Position numbers and translations under genes: made by a program. The notes under the pieces were generated by a model. That model was not told where the DNA came from. It saw only the letters and a list, made by a program, of their open reading frames with translations, and did not search any database. Source: Callorhinchus milii (taxonomy: Eukaryota). Taken from it: DNA of 64,000 nt. How positions within the stretch are numbered: position 1 is the first letter of the stretch; each line of letters begins with the position of its first letter. Shown one piece after another: positions 26,933 through 40,690 of the stretch. The DNA is taken from contig NW_024704742.1 of NCBI RefSeq assembly GCF_018977255.1, positions 63,552,001-63,616,000 on the forward strand. The letters run 5' to 3'.

Positions 26933-28843
26933 TTACTCATGTTGTCAACCAGTCAGTAGCTGGGACAATCCTAGTCTTATTCAATGTAGGATTAAGTGCC
27001 AAATTATACATCAACCTCTATCCTTGGGAACAAACCTATTTCTTGATCCATTTCTCCTCCAGTATGTTCATGGTTCTATTAACTGATCGGAATCAGGTAT
27101 CAATTTTACGAAGCCCGGCACTAGATTGTATGAAGTGAAACATGGTCAGCCAGCAAAGTATCTGGATGTTGCTCTAAATGTTGAGGCTTGGAATATGACA
27201 CAGAACTGGCAGTTCTTTTGTAATGTCACAAAACTCTAGTTCTTCCTTTGAAGGTCTCTTACAATGTCACTGTAATTGGGTTACAATGGTCAAATCTAAT
27301 TCGTACACATCTAACTTTATAAATAGCTATGTTTGTCCAATGGGCCAGTACAATATACACAAAAACAGTTTGTTACGCAGATGTTAAAAGATGTTACTAA
27401 GATAAACTGAAATTCTTCTATTCGGGCCAGTTAAGTCTCACACTTTTATCGTTATACATCACCAAAAAATTATTTTACACTAAACAGTTTGCTAAAACCA
27501 TGTAGTATTATCAAGTGAATTTAACAGCATTACTGCTTTTAAATGGTAAGAAATAAGAAAAAATGAGAATGAGAAAAAGTCATTTAAACTTCAGAAACTC
27601 ATCACCCCAGTCCATTGACTCAATACAACTGGATTTTGAATAGTCTCAATGTTTGTGCTTATAACAAGATTACTGCTGGATTATCACACACATTGAAGGC
27701 TGGGCAATTTTTTTGCTGACAGCTTCCAAATTTACTTTCAATTCCCATTAGGCCCCCTGGTACCACTTTCTCAGTTTACTTTGAAGTGATATTCTTGGTT
27801 ACTTATCAATATCATTGGGAATTTTTATACTTTGTCAAGTTGAACACTTTGCTACCTTATTTCTAAATCTAAACATGATAAAACTTACCTTTTTGGGGGT
27901 TCAGCTGAGTGTCTGACATATGTACTCATGATCCTCTTAAGCATGGTGATACATTTCCACATGTGTCAGGCACCCATCCGGCAGGGATAAACAAAGCTGA
28001 ATATATCTGCATAGTTGGGATCAGTATTGTCGCTCTTTGGCGAACCAGTTCCAATACAAATATATTTTATAATGTGGCATGGTAACCAAAAACTGAACAG
28101 AGTATTTGAAGTGCAATCTGACTAGTGCTTTGATGATGAACAGCAGTATTCCATTAGTTTTTAAATTGCTTCACTTTATTATCTAGATACAGAACCTACC
28201 ACAAGTAAAACTGTTCTGCTCATCGCTATGAACTGCTCTACACAAAAAGCACTTCATTTTTGGTGGACAATCACCATGCATGGCACTGATTATCAGTGCC
28301 TTGGGACGTCCTCCCGACGTGAAAGGCCCTATACAAATGTAATTTTGCTGATTTTGCTTTTCCATCAAATGTGATAAGAATTGGGGCTCCATCGCAATTC
28401 TCAATGCCAGAGCCTCCACTCATATTTATATATTTGGCATTGATTAACAGGATAGGTTCACATCCATCCAATAAATTTAGCATTTTGTTTGTCAGGTGTC
28501 TGCCCAGATGGAAAACTTTTTTTTCTTTACAAGTTTCCCTTTGCATATCTCAATACATTTATGTTTATCGCACAATACATACTCAACCTTTCGGACACCT
28601 CTAGAAGATGGTCTAAGCTCAATTCCTGGTCTTCATTAGAAAGCATATTAAACTAGAAGGCTGGTGTTTGCGCTGTTTCCTTCATTACACTTAATTCTAC
28701 CATTTCCTGAAAGGATGCTGAAAAATGTTTCACAACTCCATAAAAGAACATTTCATTTTCACATAGCATTTCATTTTGGTTTCAATTTTGCTTTAATCTA
28801 TTACAATAAATTTCAATGCAAGGAACTGCACTAGGAATATTAC

Positions 28844-29050
28844 CTCTCGTTTCTTGGCTTCATTTTTGTTGTATTTAGGGAACAGGTAGGAGAAAATGTT
28901 ACCACAGCAACAGGCCACGTGTACCAAAGGGCCTTCCTTCCCTAAACTCAGTCCTGAGGCAACAGCTAAAACAAGAGTGATTGTTTTAATCAGCAACGTC
29001 CATTTCCCCAGGTAACCTCGAATGATGAAACCACTCAGTATAGTTTTGAT
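28844..29050 (-). CDS. CLCN3: CLCN3 coding exon (207 nt; gating glutamate in GKEGP)
   Basis: aatag|ATC...GAG|gtaata; [17 protein letters not shown]...[12 protein letters not shown]...NEAKKRE. Confidence 0.97.
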
Positions 29051-30205
29051 CTATTAAAAACACAAAACACATTTATTAAAAGAATGAAAACATAATAGAC
29101 ATTTTTTGTTCTTAAAATACGTATTCTTGAAGTATAAATCTTCAGTGGTACAGCACTATACTCCGTGCTTGGAATCATTTTATTTTCTCATTATTACCAC
29201 TTATCTCTTTTGCTGGAGTTTAGCTCCACAAGCACTTCCGCCAAGAGGTCTATTTTCATGGACAAGCTGAGAAGATGAACATCAGTAGGCTATTTGCTCA
29301 TTTCGCCCACAAAATACACAGTCAATTCACTTTACAGTATATTCTGTGATGTGCTTTGAGACGTTGCAAGACATGTTAAGGCGTTATATCAAATTCAAGG
29401 ATTATTATAGAACAATACCCAATGAAAACTAATCTTCCACTGTACATACATATAGATGGCAATAAACTTACTGGTGTAAGTTACAGCCCATTGCCTTTTG
29501 GACGTTTGTCAGCATTTTAAAGCCATTGATCAACAATCCTTTCATTGGCTATTCTCCAACGAACACAAGTTCAGGTCTATGAGTCTCTCTTCAAATCACC
29601 AATCATTCTTGTCACTCTTCTCTGAACTCTCTTTAATGTATCAATGCCCTTTTTTTCGGATGGGTTGTTCAAAATGCAGCCTTACCATTGATATACAGGT
29701 TAGAATAACTTCTCTCAAGTTGTTGTCAAATCTCCACAAAATGCAAAATCAAAATATTGTTAGCATTGTTAACAGCAACCGTTCATTGACATTGAATGAT
29801 CATCCCACATACTTGTCTATTACTATCTTTATGAATGGAGAGCCATTTACTGCATTAAATTTATTGTTACGAAATTGACAAGATTAGAAAGTTTTAATGC
29901 TAATCTGTTTATAGCAGGTGTACCATACTAGTAGTGCAATATAGATGAATTTTGGTGCTAACCAGCCGGTTTCCCATGCTAAAACATGGCGTCCTTCCAG
30001 ATTAGCAGGTCAGTGTTGTTGCTTTTTGCGTGGGAAGTCCCACTATCATTTCCCGCATGTAATGTGATCAGTAGTACAGATACTTCCTTAGATTATTTAA
30101 CATTGTTGTGGGGAAAACAAGTGAAGGAAAAATAAAGCAATGTCACCTAAGACTGCCAATGGCCAACACTGGAATAAGTTTTCAAAAATAGTTTTTCAAT
30201 CTCAC

Positions 30206-30328
30206 CTCAGGAATTCCAGAACCACATGCATATGGAGCAAACACCTTCACCAGAGAGACGGCCAAGAAGGCAAATGACAATGCCCAAAAGATGTACATAA
30301 TGTAGTTCATTATGTAAGACCCTGGTCC
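30206..30328 (-). CDS. CLCN3: CLCN3 coding exon (123 nt; GSGIPE filter motif)
   Basis: ttgcag|GGA...GAG|gtgaga; [41 protein letters not shown]. Confidence 0.97.
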
Positions 30329-31712
30329 CTGCAAGAGAGATTTCATATTACACTTCTAGGATTGGGAAAAATACTGTTATTGTTCATATAGCATTGAAGT
30401 TTTACCAAATATTTACAAGCCTGCAAAACATCTCAATGATACACAATAATTGCAAACATTTCTCATTTTTCTTTCATTTTTGATCTCATTGAGTTGAGAA
30501 ATTTTACTGTTATGAATAGAGCACTTTCCCATTTCAAGAAGCTTTCACACCAAGACCAAATGTGTCAATGGGATGCTCTCTTTTTACTTAATGACTACAA
30601 TATGGCTTGAACAATGGATATCAAATCAAGAAAAGTTGTGTGAACTCATACTCATTCAGAAGCAAATTCACATAAGACCCTTATAGCTAATAATACCTAA
30701 TACTTAAAACTAAGAAACGACATAACAGAAGAAAACCAAGGTCAGGTCCCAGATGCAAAACAATATTTGAAATGTTTTGCATAATACAGAAAAATGGAGA
30801 CACTCAAACACATTTTTCAGTCCTGAGAAGTTACGTTTGGTTTTCAATAGAATTATTTTGACCCCGTTAGAACCCTATTTTAAAGAAATGAAAAACAAAT
30901 ATACAAATACTGCATTGATGCTGGAAATAAGCAAAAAATGCTGCATTTCTAATAGATTCATCTACTAGTCAGTTAAAAATACAAACCAATAGAAACAGTT
31001 TAAAATGTATCCAAAAGCAAAACGTAACCTTTTACAGTAGCTCAGCAGCAAGTGATTGTACATTTGATTCACAACCAAAAATAGTCAGCAGAACCGCAGG
31101 ACTGAACGAAATATCACAGTATTAAACTTTACCTACTTTGTCTTTTTCATTCCATGAAAAATGCTGAGCCTCCAGATACAAATGCAAAATTAAGGTCCAA
31201 TTTGATGCTGTTCATAGCAAGAGTCAATAATATAGGGACAAAAAGGGAAATCTTGCCAGGAACAGGAAGCGTTAACTTCATATGCGGGTAACAATCTACT
31301 TAAAAAGTCTATCGGAACCAAACAATCTATTTGCAGTCCATTAGGACTAAGTTCCCTTGGGTCAGTGGTGCACTTTGGAAAACTACTGTAACTACTAGAA
31401 AGACAGGTGGAAATTCCAACATTAAAATAACCTTCATTTATATGTGTAAATGGGACATTCTCCCGACTTGAAAGGCGCCAAACAAATGTAATCTTGTTGT
31501 TGTTGTAAAGACAAATGTAGTATCTTCACCTATGCACATAAAATTGGTCATTTGAGTGAAGTACTAGCACGTGTGTAACTGATTCACAGCTTTCAGATGT
31601 TGGGACAAAGAAAGAAATTGCAAGAAAAATGTTCCCCCAAAGGGTCTTATTTGCAGGCGACAATAAATATCACTTAAAAATCTCAGTTATTATTCATTCG
31701 AACTCTACTTAC

Positions 31713-31900
31713 ATCAGCTTGTCCAATTATTAGCTCGGCCCATGTTTTCCATTGGGGACATTTGTTCCTCGCTTCAAAGGTCGGTTCATTGGATCCCCAG
31801 CAGCACTGTTCATGATTAAACCACATTGCATTCAGGCAGATGCCTTCCTTCATATCAGTCATCCAGTCAGCAGCAATGTCTATTAAACCAGCCAAGGCAC
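31713..31900 (-). CDS. CLCN3: CLCN3 coding exon (188 nt)
   Basis: tttcag|GT...GAT|gtaagt; [21 protein letters not shown]...[13 protein letters not shown]. Confidence 0.97.
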
Positions 31901-32819
31901 CTGAAAATGATTAATTTCATAGTTTTACCATTAGTTAAAAAATGAGTGATTCTGCTTTATCTTTTGGCTTAATTGAAACTGATCAACGTAAACTCATATC
32001 CACGTTAAAACATGGATGCAAGTTTATCAGTTTTTCTTGCCATAACTTTAGATGTTTGAAAGAATTTCTGACCATAATGGGGAATGAACTTAAGAGGCCT
32101 AAAAAGTTAAAATACAAGACACACATATCTGTACTTTTTCAAAAAATGTACTCCATACCAATTGTGGATATCCATGATAGGATCAATAACAATGGAGGCA
32201 AATAATAAAAATATTATTACTATAATAATGAATGGTCCAATTCAAGAAGGAATTGATTAGCTAACTGGCAAGGAAATTGACTGAGGAAGAGACAATGGAA
32301 CATACAACATTTTTTAAAAAGCCTACATAGGAAAAGGAATAGGCCATTAGCTCATCGATCCTGCTCTACCATTTTCTTAGATCCTGGCTGATCTGTACCT
32401 CAGTACCAATTGCCTGCGTTTTCTCCATACCTGTGCCCCTCACCGCCCCCCCCCTCCACACCCCAATATCTTTACCAGACAAATATTTATCTACTTTCCT
32501 CTTACACTCCCACCAATGGATTTCTACAATCCATCAACTCTAAGACTTCTTATTTCACTACTAACCAGTCCAGCTTTAATTTTTGGATTATGTCCTTTTA
32601 TTCTGGATTCTGGAACCACAGGAAAGAGTTTCTCCTTATCCACTGTGTCAATTCCCTCTACTATCTTAATCACCTCAACCTCCTCTGTTGGACACAGCTG
32701 AAAGCTGCAGGTTGAAAAGAGAGAGCACTCACACCAAGTTCAGCACTGGCAACTGAATTATGCATTTGTGAGATTAGAAAGGCACCAGATATTCATTTGT
32801 GACATTCTACATATCTTAC

Positions 32820-32919
32820 CTGATGCCAGACCAGTCATTGTTACAACCAGCCATCCCGACCAAGCATCATATAGGCTTTTTATGAATTCCCACACAGATT
32901 CTCTCTTCTTGCTAGTAAT
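32820..32919 (-). CDS. CLCN3: CLCN3 coding exon (100 nt)
   Basis: tttcag|ATT...G|gtaaga; [33 protein letters not shown]. Confidence 0.96.
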
Positions 32920-33228
32920 CTGAAATGAATAAATATCATATTATGGACCAGACGATGAAATCTTTGACCCACAGAACTTGGTGATTCCACCATGGACCTC
33001 ACAAATAGCTTAGTTAAGTGTTTTACTGCAACTCAACACCATGATGAGTATTTCTTTAGACTGATGGTATGATGGGAATGATATTACAAATCATTTTAAA
33101 TATTCCTTCTCCTGGTATCAGTGCTTGTTGAAATAAAAACCAGTCACACAAACTCCCAACCTGAGTAATTCTTTTATGGGACATCACGACTTCTAACAAC
33201 TTATCTTCATTAATCTGCTTTCTTTTAA

Positions 33229-33541
33229 ATAATAATAATAATCCTTGCATTTGATATAGCGCTTTTCACGTCTTCTAGACATCTCAAAGCGCTTCACAGA
33301 ATATACTGTAAAGTGAATTGATTGTATATTTGTGCGTGAAATGTGGCAGCCAATTGCGCACAGCAGTGTCCCACAAACAGTCGTGGATTGAAGTGGCCAA
33401 TTTATTATTGTTTTTTTCTTGATGGATTATTATCAGGTGTGTGGAGTAAGGAAACTTGCCCAAGGTTTCTCCCTGCAGGGAATCGAACCCAGCTTTTGCG
33501 CTTGTGAGCCGAGTGCTCTAACCACTGAGCTACAGGACTCC
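33229..33541 (-). mobile_element. Full-length tRNA-SINE
   Basis: A and B boxes, body, hairpin tail and (ATT)n. Confidence 0.9.
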
Positions 33542-34160
33542 ACTACGACCTACAGGCTTTGGAATCCCAGTCTTATCCCAGAACCATTCACTAAGCTAGT
33601 TTTCTCTGCCTCATACCTCAACATTACAGGAACTCTCATGCATACCTTGGTTAAATACTTCAGACTTTACTCTTCCAATCTCTTGCTCATCAGCTTCCCT
33701 GTTCTACCCTTCGAAAGCTCCAGACCATCCAGAACTCTGCCATTTCTGAATGCATTCTCTCCCGATCAAGTCTCCACAACCCCGTCACCCCCATCCTCAC
33801 CAGGCTTCACTGGCTCCCCAGTCCCCAGTAATCATGTTCAAGATTGTTGCCTTCATGGCCTTGCCCTGCCATATAAATATAAATTTGTATTGAACTGTAT
33901 TTGTAACAACATGAGTGAACAACATTGGAGGTGTTACTTTCCATTCTGCTCACACAATTCCTGTCAGGTAGACTCTTAGCCCTGCTACCAACGAAAGAGA
34001 TGCGAGATGTCTTAACTGAGGCAAAAAAAAAATACAAAATGAAATAATTTGTACAAAATACAAACTTCTCAGCTCCACAAATCTCTGTGCAGATGAGAAT
34101 GGCTTGTTTCCTTTTCCCTTAGGTTCATATAATTATTAAATGAACTTACCTCTCTGTGTC

Positions 34161-34348
34161 AAAAGGAAAGTGAGTCAATGTTTCGGGTCCACAACACAAC
34201 CATTCTGTGTCGTTCTGATGAAGGGTTGTGGACGCAAAACGTTACTCACTTTCCTTTCTCCATAGATGGCTGCCTGACCTGCTGAGTGTTTCCAGTGATT
34301 TCTGTGTTCGTTTCAGATTTCCAGCATCGGCAGTATTTTGCGTTTTGT
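34161..34348. mobile_element. Fold-back element with a hammerhead-like motif (probably Penelope-like-element derived)
   Basis: Inverted arms; CTGATGA...AAAACGTT at 34215-34243; flanked by a 15-bp direct repeat (14/15 identical); homologous to 43612-43840. Confidence 0.75.
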
Positions 34349-34352
34349 TTAC

Positions 34353-34510
34353 CTTTCTGTGTCGTTCTCGATCTTTGCATTTTTCTCGCACCCAGTCAAT
34401 GGTGTGAAAATCATCGTAAGTTCCAACACCTGGGATAGGCTCATCCAGCAGATCCAATAAATGCGTGGAGCTGTTTATACCACCTCCATTTGTCATTGTA
34501 TAAGTGGGTC
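34353..34510 (-). CDS. CLCN3: CLCN3 coding exon (158 nt; contains the internal Met of the short N-terminal isoform)
   Basis: taaag|GA...AAG|gtaaac; [10 protein letters not shown]...[37 protein letters not shown]. Confidence 0.96.
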
Positions 34511-35124
34511 CTTTAACAAAAAACAATAGTTTCACCTATTAAACGGTTTCCTTTAATTGGCATTGTTTCAATAATCTGAAAACATGTTCCACTTTTAAAT
34601 GTCAAGCAAAGCAGAATTCCTACAAATATACTATATTTTTTACTCAAAGCACAGTGGTCTGACAACTGTGGGTTATCACCTATTTGGAGCAGGCAAGAGT
34701 GGGTACAGTGACAGAACAGGAATATCCTTTTTTTCTCACCAGCTAATTGACAGGAGGCAAGCCTAGCTAAAATACAAAAAGTCAATGATATAGTAAATTA
34801 GAGCACAACAGCTTGTATTTCAGTAAATCTGAATTTTGAAGCTTATTTTATGCACTTGAAATTATTTTATACACTAAATTGTTCTAAATTCAACGTTACA
34901 ATGCTGTAGCTCAACTTCTGCTTGAATTAAACACAAACCAAGTGCTGCTTCCATTTGGCATAGGAATCCTAGTTAATCTTAGACAACTCATAAAAAAACA
35001 GAATAATCACTAAAGATACACAAGACAAGAAGCGGTGTAGAAAGACGTTCTGCTAGATATAAAAATTCAGCATAGTGTTATAAATCTTCTATTTCTTGAG
35101 CGTTGCAATGGCTGCTTTTATTTT

Positions 35125-35590
35125 GCCATCGTTCAGATGAGACATTAAACCAAGGTCCTGTTTGCCTGTTCAGTTGGATGTTAAACATCCCATGGAATTA
35201 TTTGAAAAGAGAAGGGATTTTCTCCTGGTGTCCTGGCCAACAAATCATCCAAATAAAATTGGTCACTCACTCCATAGCTGTTTGTGAGACATTGCTGTGT
35301 GCAAACTGGCTGCCACACTTCACCCACAAAATACAGTCAACCCATTTAATAATGTATCCTGTTAAGCGCTTTGAGATGTTTCGATAATGTAATATCAAAT
35401 GCAAGAATTTATTATTAATACGAGCAGGTAGACAGGATCTCGGATTCCAAAGGATGCACCTCTGACAATACTGGGCATCCTCAGCATTGCACTGGAGTGT
35501 CAGCCTAAAGTCAAAGTCCTATGGGCTCAAAGTCCTGACCTGGGGCTTGAACCCTCAAACATCTGACTCAGAAGTAAAAGTGCTATGAAA
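35125..35590. mobile_element. Two Deu-domain SINE pieces in opposite orientation (3' part on +, 35125-35417; 5' part on -, 35425-35590)
   Basis: GATGAGACATTAAACC...TGTCCTGGCCAAC core plus tail, then the reverse complement of the head. Confidence 0.7.
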
Positions 35591-36069
35591 TGCCTCCCTC
35601 GGGAGGTATGCAGGGTCACTATTGAGCCAAACCTCCTCTAATTTGAAATGCCCGGCATCGGATAGTCAAAAACTAGTCAAGTCTCTGTGGCAGTTTTGGA
35701 AGTTCAGTTCCTGAGACAGACCTATATAGAAAGGGTCTGAACCTAGGATTGTTCATATAAGTTGATCTGAAAATCAACTGTTAGAATTTTACTATGTTGA
35801 TTTCGATACACAAATACTGCACAAATAGCAGCTTTAACTCCAAGAACCCCCCAAAAAACTGTTCAGTTTATAGATTACATGATTGTACACTTACATCGTA
35901 AGGCTGTACAGGAAAAGAATAACTATTTTGTTGGTCTGCATAGACAAGCATAAGCACTTCGTTGCTTTATATAACAAGAGGTCTGGAATGTGAAAGTGTT
36001 CCTTGAGTAGTATAACGAACTGACTAGAACTAATTTGGAGTATATACATTCAGTTCTGAGTACCTTATA

Positions 36070-36615
36070 ATAATAATTGTATTTGATACAGTACCTTACC
36101 ACATCAAAACATCTTGAAGTGCTTCAGAGTTTTTTCTGTAATGTGTGCTTGCAGGTGAAAGCAACAGCCAATGTGCAAACAGCAATGTGATCTAGTGGTC
36201 AGTGCCTGGTGGTTGAATGGTTTGGCATTCTCACTGCGCGCCCGGGTCTGATTCCCTATCATGGTCTAATTGGGCCTAATGCCCTGCCTTCAGTTGTATG
36301 ATTTTATGTAATTATATGTCCCACAAACAGCCATGAAGTTAATGACCTTTCTAGAGGATAGTTGGACAGGATACTGGGAGAAACATCCTTCTCTTTTTCA
36401 ATAGTGCCACAAAAGTGTTAATGTCCACCTCAATTGGGAGATGAGAGTTCAATTTAACATCTCATCCGATGAACACACCCTACAATACAGTGCACCCCCC
36501 AGTAATATCCTGGGGGTTTCAGCCTGGACCGTGAGCTCAGAGAACTGAGTAGGGCTTGAACCCACAACCTTCTAACTAAAGAGGTGTGAATATGACCGAC
36601 TGAGTCAGGCTAACT
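36070..36615 (-). mobile_element. Degraded Deu-domain SINE with an internal tRNA-like insertion
   Basis: GGGCTTGAACCCACAACCTTCT, CAGCCTGGA and TTTAACATCTCATCCGA landmarks. Confidence 0.6.
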
Positions 36616-38689
36616 GACCTTAAAAACAATATATCCGGCTTGGATATATTCACCAGTTTAATACCTAGGATGAAAGGGTTTAGCTGTATTGACAGACTAG
36701 GTAAAATTAAGTTATAATTTCCAAACGATGAGAAGGCTATCTTTCAAATCGTTGCTTCCGCTGTTTTCACAATTCTGCCTTGTGCACATCACTTTCAACA
36801 TTCGATAGCACATCTGAGATGAACGTACAGGAAAGGGAGCAAAGGGAGAAAGAAGAAATTCATTATCCTAAGATTAGACATACTTTAAAAACAGCAGGTT
36901 GAAGAACACTGTAACAAACAAACTCCCGCTTTGTTAATTTTTTCTGTTATTCATACCCTTTTTGCTGAGACTGCATGATAGTGGAGGAGGAAGTTCGAAG
37001 AGTAAATGTTAACTGTTAAAATATTAACAGTTTTAAAGATTCTTGTGATGTAGCACTTCTTAACACAATGGTGCAATAAGTCACATTATTTCTGAAAGCG
37101 AAGCCCCATGGAAACATTATATTAATATGTTCATGGTTAATATCAAATTGTAGTCTTTTGGAGACAAGGCTGTACCTATTATATACTAATTTATAAGTAT
37201 TTCAAGCAAAGGTAATCAAAAGTTGCCATCAGTTGGATTGAAACTTACAAAAGTCTGCTCAATGATCTATTTTATACAATTGAATTAAGAGGAAAGGGCG
37301 TAAATTCACATGAAACTGACTGCTCAGAACAGAGCCTTTGTAATTTGTGTGTCAGATTGGTCAGTGGTAGCACTCTCACTTCCGAGTCTGAAGGTTGTGG
37401 GTTCCATGAGAAAAATTAATACACTAAAAATATTCTGGATTACTTAAATGGAGAACAAAAATGTCCCAAATGTAATACAGTACAATGGAAGTCTGACAGA
37501 TTCATTTATATTTGCGCACAATTCCACAACTGGTTACCTCTGGTGACCTTTTCAACTCAATGCAGAACACCATGATATAATTAAAACATTCTTGCAATTC
37601 AAGATGTACCTTCCTCAATTCACATGGGGTCCATTTTAACTGGCGTCCTACACGAGGTTCAAATCCTCAATATATAGACCTTGCGCCCTTTTAATGCTCT
37701 CCTTGCTGTCTTTGGATCTCGCCCTTGAGGAGAGGGCCATGTAACCCATAGAGGTCTTTAGCCCCGATCTTGTACAACCTTGTACTCCATGATTTGCAAG
37801 TCACTGTAGATTTCAAAGCTTCACATTTCAGCATTTCCCCACTACTGTGCACATAAACAATCTGCAGTATCCCAACATTACAGTGATCTGAAAAAGCAAG
37901 GGAGCCCGAAGCAGTTAGAATACGTGCTGACAAGCACATCTCAAGCATGGCTGACCCAGAATTTTCCAAAGAATGCACAAAAAGAACACATTCACCAATA
38001 CACATTCACCAATGACCGAGAATTTAAAAATACCTCATATGAAATTCTTATTTGGCCATTTTGAAAACTGATTTTCTTAATATGATTGTTCAGTTAGTAA
38101 CTAAAACCTCTCAAGTATAAACCAATTCTGTAACAATATGAAACAACTATAACAACATATTGCGTTACTATAATTTATCCCACTTCTTGGATTCTAATGT
38201 AAATGTACTTGAAATAATTATTAAAGTATTTAAAAGACAGTTTTACATTAAACTCCTAATCTGATTCTCATGACTGTTAAAACTGGCGCAAATGCTTAAG
38301 TAACAGTACACAGATTAGTGAAAGCATTCATTGTAAAATGGTCTCGATTAAAGAGCTCCATTATGCTGAAACTGCCCCACCCCTTAACCAAAGCAACATA
38401 CCAATAGAAACTGTGCAATCTGATTAAGCCATTCTAAATGAATCATGTATTTGTTTCAGTTATTTGCTGTCTCTCTAAAGTAATCAAAAACACAAGCCAT
38501 AAAAATTGCACTTTTTGAAATATTTGCAAAGAAATGTCACCAAACTGTGGAGGAGGATATCAGCGCACTTCACTACATTCAAGTGTCAACCAGACTGTGT
38601 CCCAACATCCTGACATGGAGCTTGAATACACACCTTTGACTCCAGAGGTGACAGTGCAACCCCCTGAGCAGGCTTATACCAGACGTCTC

Positions 38690-39085
38690 TTTTCAGGGTG
38701 GAGAGTTCAAACTTATCCAATTGTTCCTCTATCACTTGGGATCAAACGTGTTACTTTCCTCTGCACTGCCTCTGTTCTCTTATGTCACGATGACCATAAC
38801 TACACACAGTATTGCAGGTGTGGCCTGACAAGTGCACTGTACAGCCTGAGCACGTCAGCCTTACCCAAGGATCTAACCTCAACTGGTTTGGCAAGATAAC
38901 CCAGCATCCTGTTTGCTTTGCTTACTGTTGCCTCACACGATTTCAACATAATGAGAGACCAGTCAAATAATATCCCTAGTTCTCTTTCAACCGCTCTTAA
39001 CAAATTTAATCTGTCCTTAGAGCACTCGTGTTTCATATTTTACTTCCTTCATGTAGAACCTTGCATTAGTCTGTATTGAACTTGG
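38690..39085 (-). mobile_element. CR1 ORF2 fragment
   Basis: KANRMLGY...LYSALVRPHLQYCV. Confidence 0.8.
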
Positions 39086-40374
39086 TACTTGCCAGAGATC
39101 AGCGAGGCACATACCCCGTTGAGCTCGGTTTGTAATGTCTTCTATTAAGTTGTTACTTCTAGGAAGAACTTAATGATCAAACGCCTATTCTAATGTCATA
39201 AGCCATGTACAGACCATGTCCTGGAAAGTGCTCCAACACGTCTCAGGGTTGAGATAACATGGCTATATACCATCTTAACCATTAAATCAATCACTTTGCC
39301 CACAGTGAATTCACTTTACGGTATATCCTGTGAAGCGCTTTGAGAAGTCTCAAAGAACTGATAAGGTGCTTTATCAAATGCAATTATTATTATAATAATT
39401 ATTATTATCACTATCATCATCATCAGAGCATATACCAAATGCATTACGTTTCAAATATCAAAGTAGACACAATTTCAGATTGCTATTGGAAAGAGAAACA
39501 AAATTGAAAATAATATTAAAAAAGGAAAAGGAGCATATTATAAGTGCACACACTAACTTAATCAGTCAGGACTGGCAATTGTATTATATACTTAAATAAT
39601 CATCTGCCTTAAAATTATTTGATGACAACCATCAGACCTCCCTGCTCTTTCCATTATAATTCAACTCGCATTGAAAAATGCCTCACTATTGTAAAATAAT
39701 ACAGTACATTCCGACAGTTGGAGCAATGCAGGTAATCTAACTGTATTTAACAAACAGCGACCCTGTTCTAATAGGGCAAAATAAAAGATGTACATTTCAT
39801 GAATCCAAAAGCTTTTTTAAAAAAACTACAGGTCAATAAATGGGAGTAGTATGATGGCAGCAATTTCATTGTGCATTCTAGCTTTATAGACCTGTTGTAT
39901 CAAAATAGAAGATATCATGTGGATATTCAGCATCTGCATACAAAGGGGATAGAGAAATATTGAACGGTGATGTTCTGCCAGGACACCCTGCTCCTTGCTT
40001 ATGCTTCAAATAAACAACAATAATGGGTCACATCCAAAACCTTAACCTTTTCTCACTTTCAGATCCAGATACAATATTTCTTTGCACTTCCAGACATTGT
40101 GTTTTTTTAACCATATCATTTGTGGTTAGCAGTAAAGATCTCCACCAACTAATATTTTGTAACCAAAACTGTAGAACACTGATGCCCGATTGAAGTGTAT
40201 AAAGTAGCAAGACCTTAAATCTCCAGGTTTTATTAAAGGCCTAACTTTAGGAACAACAACTTTTTGTTTGACCTGCAAGTTCAAACCAAGTATTCACAGC
40301 TTCAAAACGCAAGGTTTCACATGATAATTCAGGGCTTCAGAATATTTATCAACATCATGTGGCAACAGTTTAAA

Positions 40375-40690
40375 AATAATAATCCTTGCATTTGATATAG
40401 CGCTTTTCACGTCGGGAGGACGTCCCAAAGCGCTTCACAGAACACATTGTAAAGTGAATTGACTGTATATTTGTGGGCGAATGCGGCAGCCAATTGCGCA
40501 CAGCAATGTCCCACAAACAGTCGTAGATTGAAAGTGACCAATTTATTATTGTTTTTGGTTTTTGGAGGGATTATTATTAGGCTCTGTGTGGAGTAAGGGC
40601 ATTTGCCCAAGGTTTCGCCCTCTGCCTGGAATTGAACTCAGGTCTCTCACTTGCAAAGCGAGTGCTCTAACCACTGAGCTACAGGACTCC
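40375..40690 (-). mobile_element. Full-length tRNA-SINE, short subfamily
   Basis: Near-identical to 49-364. Confidence 0.92.

Noticed and set aside
37011..37032. Short inverted repeat AACTGTTAA-AATA-TTAACAGTT
   Set aside because: A 9-bp AT-rich stem can arise by chance in 64 kb
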